From contig CAVXXK010000006.1 of assembly GCA_963765675.1 (NCBI GenBank), forward strand, positions 32,001 through 96,000: a stretch of 64,000 nt of DNA, in the 5' to 3' direction. The stretch comes from an uncultured delta proteobacterium (GTDB lineage: Bacteria > Desulfobacterota > Binatia > Binatales > Binataceae). The notes below the pieces were generated by a model. It was not told the origin of the DNA. It searched no databases and saw only the letters and a list, made by a program, of their open reading frames with translations. The position numbers were made by a program, and so were the translations under genes. Each line of letters opens with the position of its first letter. Within the stretch, counting starts at the first letter, position 1. Below are positions 1 to 9,401 of this stretch, piece after piece.

Positions 1-489
1 GAACAGCAGATGCAGCAGGTTCAGCCGCGGCTCGGCGGCGACCTTGAGCGGCAGGAATCCGGCAGGAGGCTCGCCCATCACGGCGGTCAGAAATCGTACG
101 AACGCAGCGTTGCCCATCACGAGATTCCAGTGCCGATCGAATGCGAAGGCGCTGCGCGGCTCCTGCTGGCGCAGGATCATCTCGAGCGCGGCGCGCACGT
201 GGTTCATCCGCGGATCGTCGAGGCTGGTCTCGCGATAGACCGGCGCGTAACCCGCCGCGAGCAACAGGATATTGCGCTCGCGCAACGGAACGTCGAGCAC
301 GTTGGATAGCGTCAGCAGCATCTCGCGGCTGGGCGCGGCGCGGCCGGTTTCGAGAAAGCTGATATGACGGCTCGAGACTTCGGCCTCGAGCGCGAGATCG
401 AGCTGGCTCAGGTGACGCGACTCGCGCCACCGGCGAAGCAGCGGTCCGGCGCCCGACTCGATTGCGGTCCCGTTCTGATGGGTATCCAT
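1..489 (-). CDS. XRE-family HTH regulator with MmyB-like ligand-binding domain (runs off the window edge)
   Basis: Not in ORF track; manual translation from ATG 489: MDTHQNG...LLRRWRESRHLSQLDLALEAEVSSRHISFLETGRAAPSREMLLTLSNVLDVPLRERNILLLAAGYAP...FDRHWNLVMGNAA. Confidence 0.9.
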   Translation of the reverse strand, partial: MDTHQNGTAIESGAGPLLRRWRESRHLSQLDLALEAEVSSRHISFLETGRAAPSREMLLTLSNVLDVPLRERNILLLAAGYAPVYRETSLDDPRMNHVRAALEMILRQQEPRSAFAFDRHWNLVMGNAAFVRFLTAVMGEPPAGFLPLKVAAEPRLNLLHLLF

Positions 490-524
490 AGCTGAAACCG
501 TACCAGCCGCGAGGTTATTGAGCC

Positions 525-541
525 ATTACCTTGCAGGTAAT
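525..541. promoter_or_regulatory. Palindromic operator ATTAC-N7-GTAAT, copy 1
   Basis: ATTACcttgcagGTAAT just upstream of the XRE/MmyB start. Confidence 0.7.
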
Positions 542-598
542 CGAGTGCCGCGCGGCGGGAGATCGCGTCAGCCGGTCTCCCGCCGTTGGCAGACATGG

Positions 599-982
599 CT
601 AGCGCGACGGCGGCGGAGCGGGCGCTTCGTCGGTGAAGCCGATAACCGACTTGAAGCGGCCGTCGCTGCCGACGATACCGATATCGGTGCCGACGAAATG
701 CAGCGGCGCCTCCTTGGTGCCGCCAGCCTCCCACTGGAAGCGGACGAACTCGTGATGCGCTTCGTCGGCGGACTTGAGGCGGAACTGGTACTCGACGCCG
801 AAGGCCGCGTGCACCGTCGCCATCATCGCGGATACTCCGTCGTGGCCGGTGCCGGTGCGATGCGCGTCGACGTAGTTGCCGTCGTCGCTCCAGGTCTTGG
901 CGACGAGCTCGCGGCGGCGGCGCGCGTCGCGTTCGTTCCACGCCGCGATGTAGGAAGTGATTAGTTCGTTGACGTTGCTCAT
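599..982 (-). CDS. SnoaL-like / NTF2-fold protein
   Basis: MSNVNELITSYIAAWNERD...W...YVD...RFQWEAG...GTD; AAGGAG RBS before ATG 982. Confidence 0.85.
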   Translation of the reverse strand: MSNVNELITSYIAAWNERDARRRRELVAKTWSDDGNYVDAHRTGTGHDGVSAMMATVHAAFGVEYQFRLKSADEAHHEFVRFQWEAGGTKEAPLHFVGTDIGIVGSDGRFKSVIGFTDEAPAPPPSR

Positions 983-1073
983 GTTTGTACTCCTTCTCTG
1001 CGTTGCGCAATCGGACCAGCCGGCGCGATTGCGTGTTATGGTCATGATCTAGAAACGGTTCGCGCGCGCATCA

Positions 1074-1090
1074 ATTACGTGCGGGGTAAT
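1074..1090. promoter_or_regulatory. Operator ATTAC-N7-GTAAT, copy 2
   Basis: ATTACgtgcgggGTAAT upstream of the SnoaL gene. Confidence 0.7.
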
Positions 1091-1130
1091 GCTCGCGCTT
1101 TTGTCGCGATGACTTGGGGTCGTACGAACT

Positions 1131-1169
1131 CGACCTAACCCTTGTTCCCTTCCCGCACGGGAAGGGAAA
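1131..1169. repeat. REP-like unit GACCTAACCC...CCCTTCCCG-CGGGAAGGG
   Basis: Same unit recurs at 2914-2951 and inverted at 3043-3083. Confidence 0.7.
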
Positions 1170-1232
1170 CACGTCAACGCATGAGTTGCGCGACATCCAG
1201 TGCTTTCGCCTTAACGACATGACCGGCTGAGA

Positions 1233-2093
1233 TCAGCTCCGGGCGAACGCGATCAGATCGCGGCTCAGGCGCTCCATGTGCGTGAACATCAGGCCGTGCG
1301 GCGCGCCTTCATAGACCTTCAACTCGGCGCCGGGAATCAGCTTCGCGGTTCGGCGTCCCGTGAGATCGAGCGGAGTCGAGGCGTCCTTGTCGCCGTGGAT
1401 GACGAGCGTCGGAACCGAGATTTTCGGCAGCTCGGCGCGGAAGTCGGTCTCGCAGAAAGCGTGATTGCATCCGAGCGCCGCGACCAGTGAGCATTGGAGG
1501 CTCAGGCCGAGCACCCACGCCCTCATCGCGGGTGAGGTCTCGGGCACGAAGAACGGATCGGCGTTGTCGGCGAGCCATCGCGGAAAATCGGCGGCGAGCT
1601 GCGCGCGTGTCTGCTCGAACATCGCATTGGGAACGCCGTCGGGATTATCCGGCGTCTGCAGGACAAACGGCGTGGTCGGCGCAATCAGCACGATACGCGC
1701 AATCCGGCTGTGGCCGTGGCGCGAGAGGTAGCGCACGATCTCGCCGGCGGCCATCGAGTGTCCGACCAGCGTCGCGCCGCGCAGATCGCGATCGCTGATC
1801 ACGGCTGCGAGATCGTCAGCGAGCGTGTCGTAGTCGTAGCCGGTCGAGGGTTGGCCGGAGCGGCCGTGTCCGCGGCGGTCGTAGGCGACGCATCGAAAAC
1901 CCGCCGCCGCCATCGGCGCCATCTGGTACTGCCACATGTCGGCGTTGGCCGACCAGCTCGAAATGAAGACGACCGGCCGACCCTCGCCCCAATCCTTGAA
2001 GTAGAGCTGGGTGCCGTCGTCGGCGGTGACGAACGGCGAGTGCGGGGTGCGCGGCGCGATCGCGTCTGACTTGAGTGCGGGTTGTCTATCCAT
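1233..2093 (-). CDS. Alpha/beta hydrolase, non-heme haloperoxidase/arylesterase type
   Basis: YFKDWGEG, YDRRGHGRS, GHSMA nucleophile elbow, HGDKD, GAPHG; GGAGG RBS before ATG 2093. Confidence 0.9.
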   Translation of the reverse strand: MDRQPALKSDAIAPRTPHSPFVTADDGTQLYFKDWGEGRPVVFISSWSANADMWQYQMAPMAAAGFRCVAYDRRGHGRSGQPSTGYDYDTLADDLAAVISDRDLRGATLVGHSMAAGEIVRYLSRHGHSRIARIVLIAPTTPFVLQTPDNPDGVPNAMFEQTRAQLAADFPRWLADNADPFFVPETSPAMRAWVLGLSLQCSLVAALGCNHAFCETDFRAELPKISVPTLVIHGDKDASTPLDLTGRRTAKLIPGAELKVYEGAPHGLMFTHMERLSRDLIAFARS

Positions 2094-2153
2094 GATCGAG
2101 TCCTCCATCCGACGAGTGATGAATTGACAGTAGTCTTCGTGGCGATGGAGTCG

Positions 2154-2170
2154 ATTACTTCAGAGGTAAT
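2154..2170. promoter_or_regulatory. Operator ATTAC-N7-GTAAT, copy 3
   Basis: ATTACttcagagGTAAT upstream of the hydrolase gene. Confidence 0.7.
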
Positions 2171-2348
2171 GCGCGGGTGATGCTCTAATCTGGACAAGGT
2201 GGGGCCTTGGGTTTTTGGAAATCGCGCAAATTTCGGTGGGTTCGTTTGGTATCTTTTCTAGTGGCTCAAAAAATAAACTCCTTGAAGACGCTGGCGAATT
2301 TGCCGAATGGGTTCGTTTTCGGCGTCTTTTTGGTACTCCGATATTTGG

Positions 2349-2522
2349 GCGCTCTGACGCCGCAAGAAAGAAAGACTAAACACAAAGACACCAAGGAAGA
2401 GGAAGACACTAAGACACGATTAAGATTCATTTCCGCGCGCGGCGCGCGGAAATGAATCAGGTCTTTGTGTCTTTGTGTCTTGGTGGTTGGATTGATGACT
2501 GCGCCTGATGCTTCCATGGGAT
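2349..2522. repeat. ~174 bp palindromic dispersed element, copy A
   Basis: Near-identical inverted copy at 48591-48760; perfect 16-bp hairpin 2424-2458 flanked by ACAAAGAC / GTCTTTGT arrays. Confidence 0.9.
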
Positions 2523-2913
2523 CAGTTTTGCACGAAGTGGAATTGGGCATAAGGCTGAACAGTTCAGCCATGAACAAATCTGGCAAAAACCCGAACGATC
2601 GTTAGGGAGACGGCGATGGACTCGAAAAGCGTGGGATCGCAGGATAACGCCTGTGCCACATGGTCTTTCCGCAGATCGGCGGCGCGCGGAGACGGGCGCG
2701 TCCCGACGCACCCCTATGAAATGGACGCGTCATCGAATCGGTAATTGTAGGGTGAGTGAGTTCTTCCAGTGGCGGCCGGCGGCTCGCCGGCCGACGCGAA
2801 GCGTAATCGGATGCAGGATGGAAGCTCGCGGAGCAGCACCCTATCAAGAAAGTCACTGCGCCTCTGGCGCGATACGCGAAATGAACCTGGCTGCGGAGAA
2901 GGCCAAGAAAGAC

Positions 2914-3083
2914 CGACCTAACCCCCGACCCCTTCCCGCGCGGGAAGGGGAGTCAGAAACCTAACCTCGATGACGACCTGGCACGCGCAGCGTCGCTAGC
3001 GGCGCCGGGAATTTGCCAGCCCACTCCAACCCTTGCGACCAGTGTGCCCCTTCCCGTGCGGGAAGGGGACAGGGGTTAGGTCG
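2914..3083. repeat. Inverted REP doublet (REPIN-like)
   Basis: GACCTAACCCC..CCCCTTCCC..GGGAAGGGG at 2914 and its reverse complement ending at 3083. Confidence 0.75.
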
Positions 3084-3147
3084 ATTGCCTGAGAAGCGCC
3101 GCCCTAGGGCATCTTATTTTCATCCATCAAGGTGCGCGCAGCCCATC

Positions 3148-3240
3148 CCACCTCACCCAAGCGTCACGATGCTTGCGAAAAAAGCGCAAGCATCGCGCCG
3201 CGTCGCCCGCGTGCCAGTGGCACCTCCCGGAGGGCGAGGG
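3148..3240. repeat. CCTCACCC-GCGTCAC-hairpin-CCTCCC..GGGCGAGGG repeat unit
   Basis: Homologous to 8232-8306 and the reverse complement of 60581-60658. Confidence 0.7.
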
Positions 3241-3407
3241 TTTCCGGAAGGAGGCGCGACGATCATGTACGCGCGCGATGGTCGCCTGGCATAGACGGGC
3301 GCGTCTCGACGCGCCCTACGAATAGAATAGGTAATCGAATCTTTCTTCGTCGGGGGCGGCTCGCGAGCCGCCCGTCTTCCTACTCGCTGCAAGGAGAGGA
3401 ATCGAGA

Positions 3408-4211
3408 TCAGACGAAAGCGCTTTGTTTGCGTTTCGGGAATGCCATTTGGCGCATCCATTCGGGAGGGCCGTCCATGAATCCGATCGAGTTGAGATACAA
3501 CTCGCCACCGAGCAGGCGGCGCAGCAGCGGCGTTGCGCGATGCCATACTTCCTCGCGCACCGAGACAAGATGATTCTCCTGCACGCGCAGGAACGGCCGC
3601 ACGTAGTACGCGAACAGCGCGCGGCGCTGTCCGGCGCGGGTCACGTTGGCGCCGGTGCGATGCCACGTGTAGCCGTGCAGGATCGCGACCGAGCCGGCCG
3701 GAGCGATCAACGGGACGCAGGTGTAGGACATCTTCGGGTCGGGATTCGTCCGCATCCGATGCGACCCCGGAACGTATTCGGTGCCGCCATTTTCGAGCGT
3801 GAAATCGTCGAGAATCCAGATCGCGTTCGCCGACAGCGGCGCCTCCGGATGCGGCGGCGGCACGTAGCCGGAATCCGAATGCAGCAGCATCGGCTCGCCG
3901 CCCGGTCCGGTGGTGTTGGAGGAAAATCCCGAGAGGATAAAATCTCCGCTCAGGACCTGCTGCATTATCGCCATCACTTCGGGCTGCTGAACGGCCTGCT
4001 CGAACACCTCGCCCTTGTTGACGAGGTTAAAGATGCGCTGGTTGGCTCCTTCGGATTCGAGAAAGCCGACGCCCGCGGCGCGTTCGGCGGAATTGAGCGC
4101 ATCGATGCGGTCGCGCAGGCGCGCGAGCGTCTCGCGCGGAATGAAATCGCGTATCAGCGCGATACCGTCGCGCTCGAGGGTGGCGATAGTGTGGTTGAGA
4201 TCAAAATCCAT
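3408..4211 (-). CDS. Phytanoyl-CoA dioxygenase (PhyH) family Fe(II)/2-oxoglutarate dioxygenase
   Basis: HxD (LHSD), DDFTLENGGTEYVPGSH, distal His (WHRTG), RRAL. Confidence 0.9.
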   Translation of the reverse strand: MDFDLNHTIATLERDGIALIRDFIPRETLARLRDRIDALNSAERAAGVGFLESEGANQRIFNLVNKGEVFEQAVQQPEVMAIMQQVLSGDFILSGFSSNTTGPGGEPMLLHSDSGYVPPPHPEAPLSANAIWILDDFTLENGGTEYVPGSHRMRTNPDPKMSYTCVPLIAPAGSVAILHGYTWHRTGANVTRAGQRRALFAYYVRPFLRVQENHLVSVREEVWHRATPLLRRLLGGELYLNSIGFMDGPPEWMRQMAFPKRKQSAFV

Positions 4212-4340
4212 CGCGGAAGCAAACCTCCGTCGGTTCCTGCGGGAGCTCCCTGAACGATCGGTTAATTGTGCAACATTCGCGCTTACTATGACAATCAGGC
4301 GGCTGCTGTGCGCGAGGAAGCCCGGACGAGAGGGCACTGC

Positions 4341-4591
4341 ATGAGGCGCGGACTCGGAGCATGGACGCCTCGGGATTCCTCGCCCAGGGCTCGGAATGAC
4401 GATCGTGGGCTCGGTTGAGACTACGATACTCGTGCACCAAGCCCAGGTTCGTCATTTCGACCAGCGGGAGAAATCCCGGGGCGTTCGTGCACTCACGCGC
4501 GAGTTGTGTAAACGCCAAGGGGCCGAGCACCGGATTTCCTTCGGCTTCGCTCAGGACGAGCTTTCGCGCGGTAGCCGCGTGCGGGAATGAC
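4341..4591. repeat. Composite GTCATT/AATGAC REP-like mosaic, copy A
   Basis: Units GGGATTCCTCGC..GGAATGAC and GTCATTTCGA..GAGAAATCCC; linkers homologous (inverted) to 49510-49787. Confidence 0.75.
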
Positions 4592-4603
4592 CTCGCAGAA
4601 ACG

Positions 4604-5146
4604 CTAGTGCGTCAGCAGCATGTAGATCGTTCCCGACAGGAGGACCAGGAGGCCGGGGTTTACGTGGCGCCAGAGGAGGATCGCGCCGACGCCAATCGCG
4701 ATGGCGAGGCCCAGCGGATTCATGTGCCCGGTGATCGGACTCACGATCGTCAGCCGCGCGATCGCGTAGGTGCCCGCGCACATCAGGCCGATCGCGACCG
4801 GCGCCATCCCGCGCTGCACGGAGAGGCGCCATGGCGAGCCCTCGAAATGGACCCATAGCCGGTTCGCGAACAGAGTCAGGATGCAGTCGGGCAGGAAAAA
4901 TGCGATGCCGACGACCGCGGCGCCGAGCGCGCCCATCAGCTTGTACCCGATCACCAGCACCATCAGCATGTTCGGGCCCGGCGCAACCTGTCCGAGGCTA
5001 TAGATGTCGCGGAATCCCTTGTCGGTCAGGCTGAACCAATGCACCGTCGCATGCTGCATTTCCGGCAACACCGCGGTTCCGCCCCCGACCGCGAGAATCC
5101 CGAGCATCGTGAAGACCAGGCCGAGCTTGAGCAGTTGGGTTCTCAT
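4604..5146 (-). CDS. chrA: Short-chain chromate transporter subunit
   Basis: GGG motif, GQVAPGPN, FFLP, multiple TM helices. Confidence 0.85.
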   Translation of the reverse strand: MRTQLLKLGLVFTMLGILAVGGGTAVLPEMQHATVHWFSLTDKGFRDIYSLGQVAPGPNMLMVLVIGYKLMGALGAAVVGIAFFLPDCILTLFANRLWVHFEGSPWRLSVQRGMAPVAIGLMCAGTYAIARLTIVSPITGHMNPLGLAIAIGVGAILLWRHVNPGLLVLLSGTIYMLLTH

Positions 5147-5155
5147 CGATGCGTC

Positions 5156-5803
5156 CTAGTGCCGCAGGTTTCCATGGCGTGGTCCGCGATGAAACGGCAT
5201 GTGCAGCTCGGCGGTTTGTGCGAGCGATCCGCCGGAGCCCGGCCGATAAAGGAAAATTGCCAGCGGACCGAGGATCAGCAGCACCCACACCAGGGAGACC
5301 CTGAAAATCGAGACCGCAACGAAGGTGATCACGATAAGTGCAAGGTCGAGCGGTTTCGTAAACTGGCGGCGTCCGAGTTGCAAGGTCACGACCGAGAGCA
5401 TCCCAACCGCCGCGGCCGCAATACCGAGCAGGAACTGGTTGACGCGCGGATTATGCCCGCTGTTGGTCCACAGGACGCCCAGCGTCATCACGATTATCGC
5501 GCCGGGGACCATCAGGCCGATCACCGCGGCGAGAGCGCCGGGAATTCCACGCAGGTTGTCGCCGACGATCACGGCGATATTGACCGAATTCAGACCCGGC
5601 AGAGTCTCGGAGATCTCGAGGGTTGCGAGAAAATCCTCGTCGGTAAGCCACTGGGCTCCGCCGACGACGTACTCGCGCTCGTAGGCGACCACGCCGCCGC
5701 CAAAGCTGACCAGTCCCGCCATGAAGAACAGCTTGAACAGATCGAACAAGGAGGCCCGCTTGGCCGCGGGCGCGGATTCATTCGCGGTGTTTGACGGCGG
5801 CAT
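5156..5803 (-). CDS. chrA: Short-chain chromate transporter subunit
   Basis: SFGGG, WLTDEDF, ETLPGLNSVN, RGIPGA; start trimmed to MPPSN. Confidence 0.85.
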   Translation of the reverse strand: MPPSNTANESAPAAKRASLFDLFKLFFMAGLVSFGGGVVAYEREYVVGGAQWLTDEDFLATLEISETLPGLNSVNIAVIVGDNLRGIPGALAAVIGLMVPGAIIVMTLGVLWTNSGHNPRVNQFLLGIAAAAVGMLSVVTLQLGRRQFTKPLDLALIVITFVAVSIFRVSLVWVLLILGPLAIFLYRPGSGGSLAQTAELHMPFHRGPRHGNLRH

Positions 5804-6665
5804 TTCCCAATCCGTAAACCAGCGCGGTCTTGGTGGTGCCGCGTTCGATCCAGTCCGAGCATCGTTGCTGCAGGCCGAGGTAGAACTGCTCCGACAGTTC
5901 GCGCGGCTTCTTATGCATCGCCGCGGGCCGATCGAATTTAAGCTGAAACGCGAACTCGGCGACCAGCGGCTGGTCGCTATCGCGCACCCGCCAGACCGCG
6001 ACATTGCACTTGGCGGTAAGATGACCGCCGAAATCGAGCACGCCGAGCTCGAACAGGTACTCGGCAATCGAAGCGCCATGCACCGGCGCCATCGTGGCTT
6101 TGGGATTCGCGCCGATCGTCTCGAGCGCGGGAAACGCGTTCGAGATCAGCTCGACCTTCTGCGTGAGCAGGATATTGGGCGTATCGAGCTCGCAGTTATG
6201 CGAATAGACCAGGCGAATTCCGACCGAGTCATCCTTGGGCAGCAGGATCTCTTCCTTGAACTTGATCGTGTAGAGACACGGCAGGAGCGGGCGCACGTCA
6301 ACGGATGCGGCGGTGGTTTTGCTTGAATGGCGGAATTTCAGAACCAGCTCGTGATTGGATTCCGGCAGTCCGTGCTTGTAGAAAGTGCGTTTGCGCAGGA
6401 TAAAACCCGCGTTGTAGAGCTTGAAATGCGGGGTGTCGAAGAACACGACCTCGCGGATCTGCGGAGTCGGCTTTTCCTCTTCCTCCATCTTGCTCAGATG
6501 CGCGCCCAGGCTTTTGGCGGTGTGATGCGCGATCTTCCAGAACTTGTGAAACGACGCGGGCTTGTGGAACTTGTCCGCGCCGAGTAGCAGCTTGTATTCG
6601 CGGTACTTGATCTCGTCCGCCGGGATCGGCTCGTAGAGATTTTTGTGATTCGCCTGTGGGCTCAT
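5778..6665 (-). CDS. Hypothetical protein, CYTH/triphosphate-tunnel-like
   Basis: N-terminal REYK, FFDTP-F-LYNAGFILRKR, LKFR, acidic EFAF, C-terminal TKT. Confidence 0.6.
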   Translation of the reverse strand: MSPQANHKNLYEPIPADEIKYREYKLLLGADKFHKPASFHKFWKIAHHTAKSLGAHLSKMEEEEKPTPQIREVVFFDTPHFKLYNAGFILRKRTFYKHGLPESNHELVLKFRHSSKTTAASVDVRPLLPCLYTIKFKEEILLPKDDSVGIRLVYSHNCELDTPNILLTQKVELISNAFPALETIGANPKATMAPVHGASIAEYLFELGVLDFGGHLTAKCNVAVWRVRDSDQPLVAEFAFQLKFDRPAAMHKKPRELSEQFYLGLQQRCSDWIERGTTKTALVYGLGNAAVKHRE

Positions 6666-6828
6666 CCGGGCTATTGTTCGGGCTCCCCTTCAGTAAGCGT
6701 CGTGAACAGTGACGCTTGACCCCATCGAAGTAACAGTCCCAGAGGCAATGGTCAATTGTTTGGCGGGTGTAGCAGGTTGCGCCGCGCCGCCGCTTGATTT
6801 AGGCGCCGGTTTCCCGCACTTACGAAGT

Positions 6829-8115
6829 ATGGAAACTAATTCGAGCCTGTGGGCGCGGCTGCAATCCGCGGTGCCGAGAGGAGTCAGCGTGTCGTTGCCG
6901 ATCTTTGCGGCCTCGGCCGAAAACGCGGAGATCCGCGACGTCGAAGGGCGGCGCTATATCGATTTCGCCGGAGGAATCGCGGTGCTGGGAATCGGGCATC
7001 GCCATCCGCGCGTCATCGCGGCCGCGCAGGCGCAGCTCGCCACGCTAACTCATGCCTGTTTTCAGGTCACGCCGTATGAATCCTACGTGCGGCTGGCGGA
7101 GCGGCTGAACGAGCTTGCTCCCGGAGCGGAGCCGAAAAAAACCATCTTCCTGACCACCGGGGCCGAAGCGATCGAGAACGCGGTGAAAATTGCGCGCTAC
7201 GCGACGGGACGCAGCGGTGTGATCGCCTTCGAGGGTGCGTTCCACGGGCGCACGCTGATGGCGCTGGGACTGACCGGCAAGGTGAATCCGTACAAGGTCG
7301 GGTTCGGACCATTTCCGGCGGACATTTTTCACGCGCCATTTCCCGACGAGTTTCATGGCGGCAGCATCGCGGCGTCGATGAGCGCGATCGAAGGGATATT
7401 TCATTCCTCGCTCGAGCCCGCGCGCACCGCCGCGATTATCATCGAGCCGGTCCAGGGCGAGGGCGGCTTCAACGTGGCGCCGGCGGAGTTTCTGCGCGAG
7501 CTGCGCGCGCTGTGCGATCGCCACGGGATCCTGCTTATCGCCGACGAGGTGCAGACCGGCTTCGGACGCACCGGGCGGATGTTCGCGATCGAGCACGCGG
7601 GCGTAGTGCCGGATCTGATCGCGATGGCGAAGAGTCTCGGCGGCGGCTTTCCGATCTCCGCCGTGACGGGAGCGGCGAAGTTGATGGATAGCGTCGCGCC
7701 CGGCGGCCTCGGCGGAACCTACGCCGGAAATCCGGTCGCATGCGCGGCGGCGCTGGCGGTGCTCGACGTGATGCGCGATGAGGATATCCTCGCGCGGGCG
7801 GCGAAGCTGGGCGCGATGGTTCGCGCGCGGCTGCATAAGATGCAGCACGACGCGCGCTTCGGATGTATCGGCGATGTGCGCGGGCTGGGCGCGATGCTGG
7901 CGTTGGAGCTGGTGAAGGATCGCGCGACCCGCGAGCCTGCGTCCGAGATGACGCGCCGGCTGGTGGTGCGCGCGGCGGAGCGCGGACTGGTGATCCTGTC
8001 GTGCGGAACTCACGCGAACGTGATCCGGATTCTCGCGCCGCTGACCGCGCCGCTCGAACAGGTGGACGAAGGCATGAGCATCCTGGAAGCCTCGCTGGCA
8101 GACGTACTCGGGTGA
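6829..8115 (+). CDS. gabT: 4-aminobutyrate--2-oxoglutarate aminotransferase
   Basis: YIDFAGGIAV, TTGAEAIENAVKIAR, FHGRT, EPVQGEGGF, DEVQTGFGRTG, AKSLGGG, GGTYAGNP. Confidence 0.93.
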   Translation: METNSSLWARLQSAVPRGVSVSLPIFAASAENAEIRDVEGRRYIDFAGGIAVLGIGHRHPRVIAAAQAQLATLTHACFQVTPYESYVRLAERLNELAPGAEPKKTIFLTTGAEAIENAVKIARYATGRSGVIAFEGAFHGRTLMALGLTGKVNPYKVGFGPFPADIFHAPFPDEFHGGSIAASMSAIEGIFHSSLEPARTAAIIIEPVQGEGGFNVAPAEFLRELRALCDRHGILLIADEVQTGFGRTGRMFAIEHAGVVPDLIAMAKSLGGGFPISAVTGAAKLMDSVAPGGLGGTYAGNPVACAAALAVLDVMRDEDILARAAKLGAMVRARLHKMQHDARFGCIGDVRGLGAMLALELVKDRATREPASEMTRRLVVRAAERGLVILSCGTHANVIRILAPLTAPLEQVDEGMSILEASLADVLG

Positions 8116-8132
8116 CCGGTTCCTCGGCCGCT

Positions 8133-8306
8133 GACTGGTTCCTCGCCCTGAAAGGGAGAGGTTAGGTGAGGGTCATTATCCAGCGCGGCGCGCGGCGCCG
8201 CGCGATTATAGAGAAAGCTTTCCGCAAGGTCGCCCTCACCCGCGCGTCACGACGCTTGCGAAAAACGCAAGCCTCGCGCCGCTTGCCCTCTCCCGGGGGG
8301 AGAGGG
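8133..8306. repeat. Inverted CCCTCTCCC/GGGAGAGG REP doublet
   Basis: TCCTCGCCCTGAAAGGGAGAGGTTAGGTGAGGG left arm as at 45511 and 48807; right arm as at 3148. Confidence 0.75.
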
Positions 8307-8498
8307 AATTTCAGAGATGCAGCGGCAACCGCGGGGTATCAGCAGCGTGGATATTTTCGGATTGGCGGCGGCCGCTCTCATGTTGATACTACGTGATCGA
8401 CAACTTGATACGTCGATCGGCGGATGTTAGCGTCGCGGGCGGTTGGGAGAGAGGGAGCGCGAGAAATCGCGCGCGGTGGACGCACCCGGATTGAACGC

Positions 8499-9401
8499 AT
8501 GACTGAGCATCGACGGCTCCCTGATTTTATTGCGGTCGGCCCTCAGCGCACCGGAACAACCTGGCTGCACAAAGTGCTTACGGGGCAGGCCGGTTTGCCG
8601 TCCACCAAGGAAACCGATTTCTTCCTTAAAAATTTCGACCGCGGCCTCGATTGGTATCTCGCATTCTTCGACGAATGCCCGAGCGAGGCGCCGATGGGAG
8701 AAATCGATCCGAATTATTTCGGCGCACCGGCCGCGCGCGAACGAATTGCCGCGATGATCCCGCAGTGCAGGATCGTCGTCTCGCTGCGCGATCCGACCGA
8801 GCGCGCATGGTCGTCGTATCGAACGATGCGGCGCGACGCATGGACCCGGGCCGGCTTCGAGGAAACCGTCATGCGCAGCGAGATTATCCGCGAGTCGAGC
8901 CGCTACGCGTTCCATCTCGCCGCCTGGCAGCAGGATTTCGGCGTCGATCAGGTGCTGGTCTGCCTCTACGATGACCTGGAAGCCGATCCGCAGGCGTACC
9001 TGGATCGGATCTGCAAATTTATCGGCGCGCCGCCGGTCGAAGTGAGCGGCACTGCCGCCGCGTCCGAGCGCGTGAACACCGTGGCCGAGGCTCCGCGCAG
9101 CCGCAAGCTTGCGCAAAGCGCGCGCGACGCGCGCGATTGGCTCGCGATGCATCGGTGGAATCGCACGAGCCACGCGCTCGAGCGGCTCGGGATCTGGCGC
9201 TTCGCGTTCGCGGGCGGCGAGGAGTTTGGCGCGATCGATCCTGCCGCCGAAGCGCGCTTGCGCGAATACTTCCTGCCCGAGGTGGAAGAGCTCGAGGCAC
9301 TGATTGGCCGCGACCTCGACGCATGGAAGCGCCCGCGCCCGGCCGGGACCGTGGATGCATCCGCGCCGAATCGCGCGCGCGGCGCGAGAGCGCATCCGTG
9401 A
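8499..9401 (+). CDS. PAPS-dependent sulfotransferase 1
   Basis: PDFIAVGPQRTGTTWL (5'-PSB), KETDFF, RDPTERAWS (3'-PB). Confidence 0.9.
   Translation: MTEHRRLPDFIAVGPQRTGTTWLHKVLTGQAGLPSTKETDFFLKNFDRGLDWYLAFFDECPSEAPMGEIDPNYFGAPAARERIAAMIPQCRIVVSLRDPTERAWSSYRTMRRDAWTRAGFEETVMRSEIIRESSRYAFHLAAWQQDFGVDQVLVCLYDDLEADPQAYLDRICKFIGAPPVEVSGTAAASERVNTVAEAPRSRKLAQSARDARDWLAMHRWNRTSHALERLGIWRFAFAGGEEFGAIDPAAEARLREYFLPEVEELEALIGRDLDAWKRPRPAGTVDASAPNRARGARAHP

Noticed and set aside
2349-2522. CRISPR array
   Set aside because: No regularly spaced 23-47 bp direct repeats with unique spacers here or elsewhere in the window, and no cas genes
2207-2964. Short ORFs containing KHKDTK / SLCL motifs (also 48146-48948)
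   Set aside because: Translations of the non-coding 9-nt-period repeat, not credible proteins
2978-2995. Sigma-54 promoter at TGGCACG
   Set aside because: No GC at the -12 position and no downstream gene
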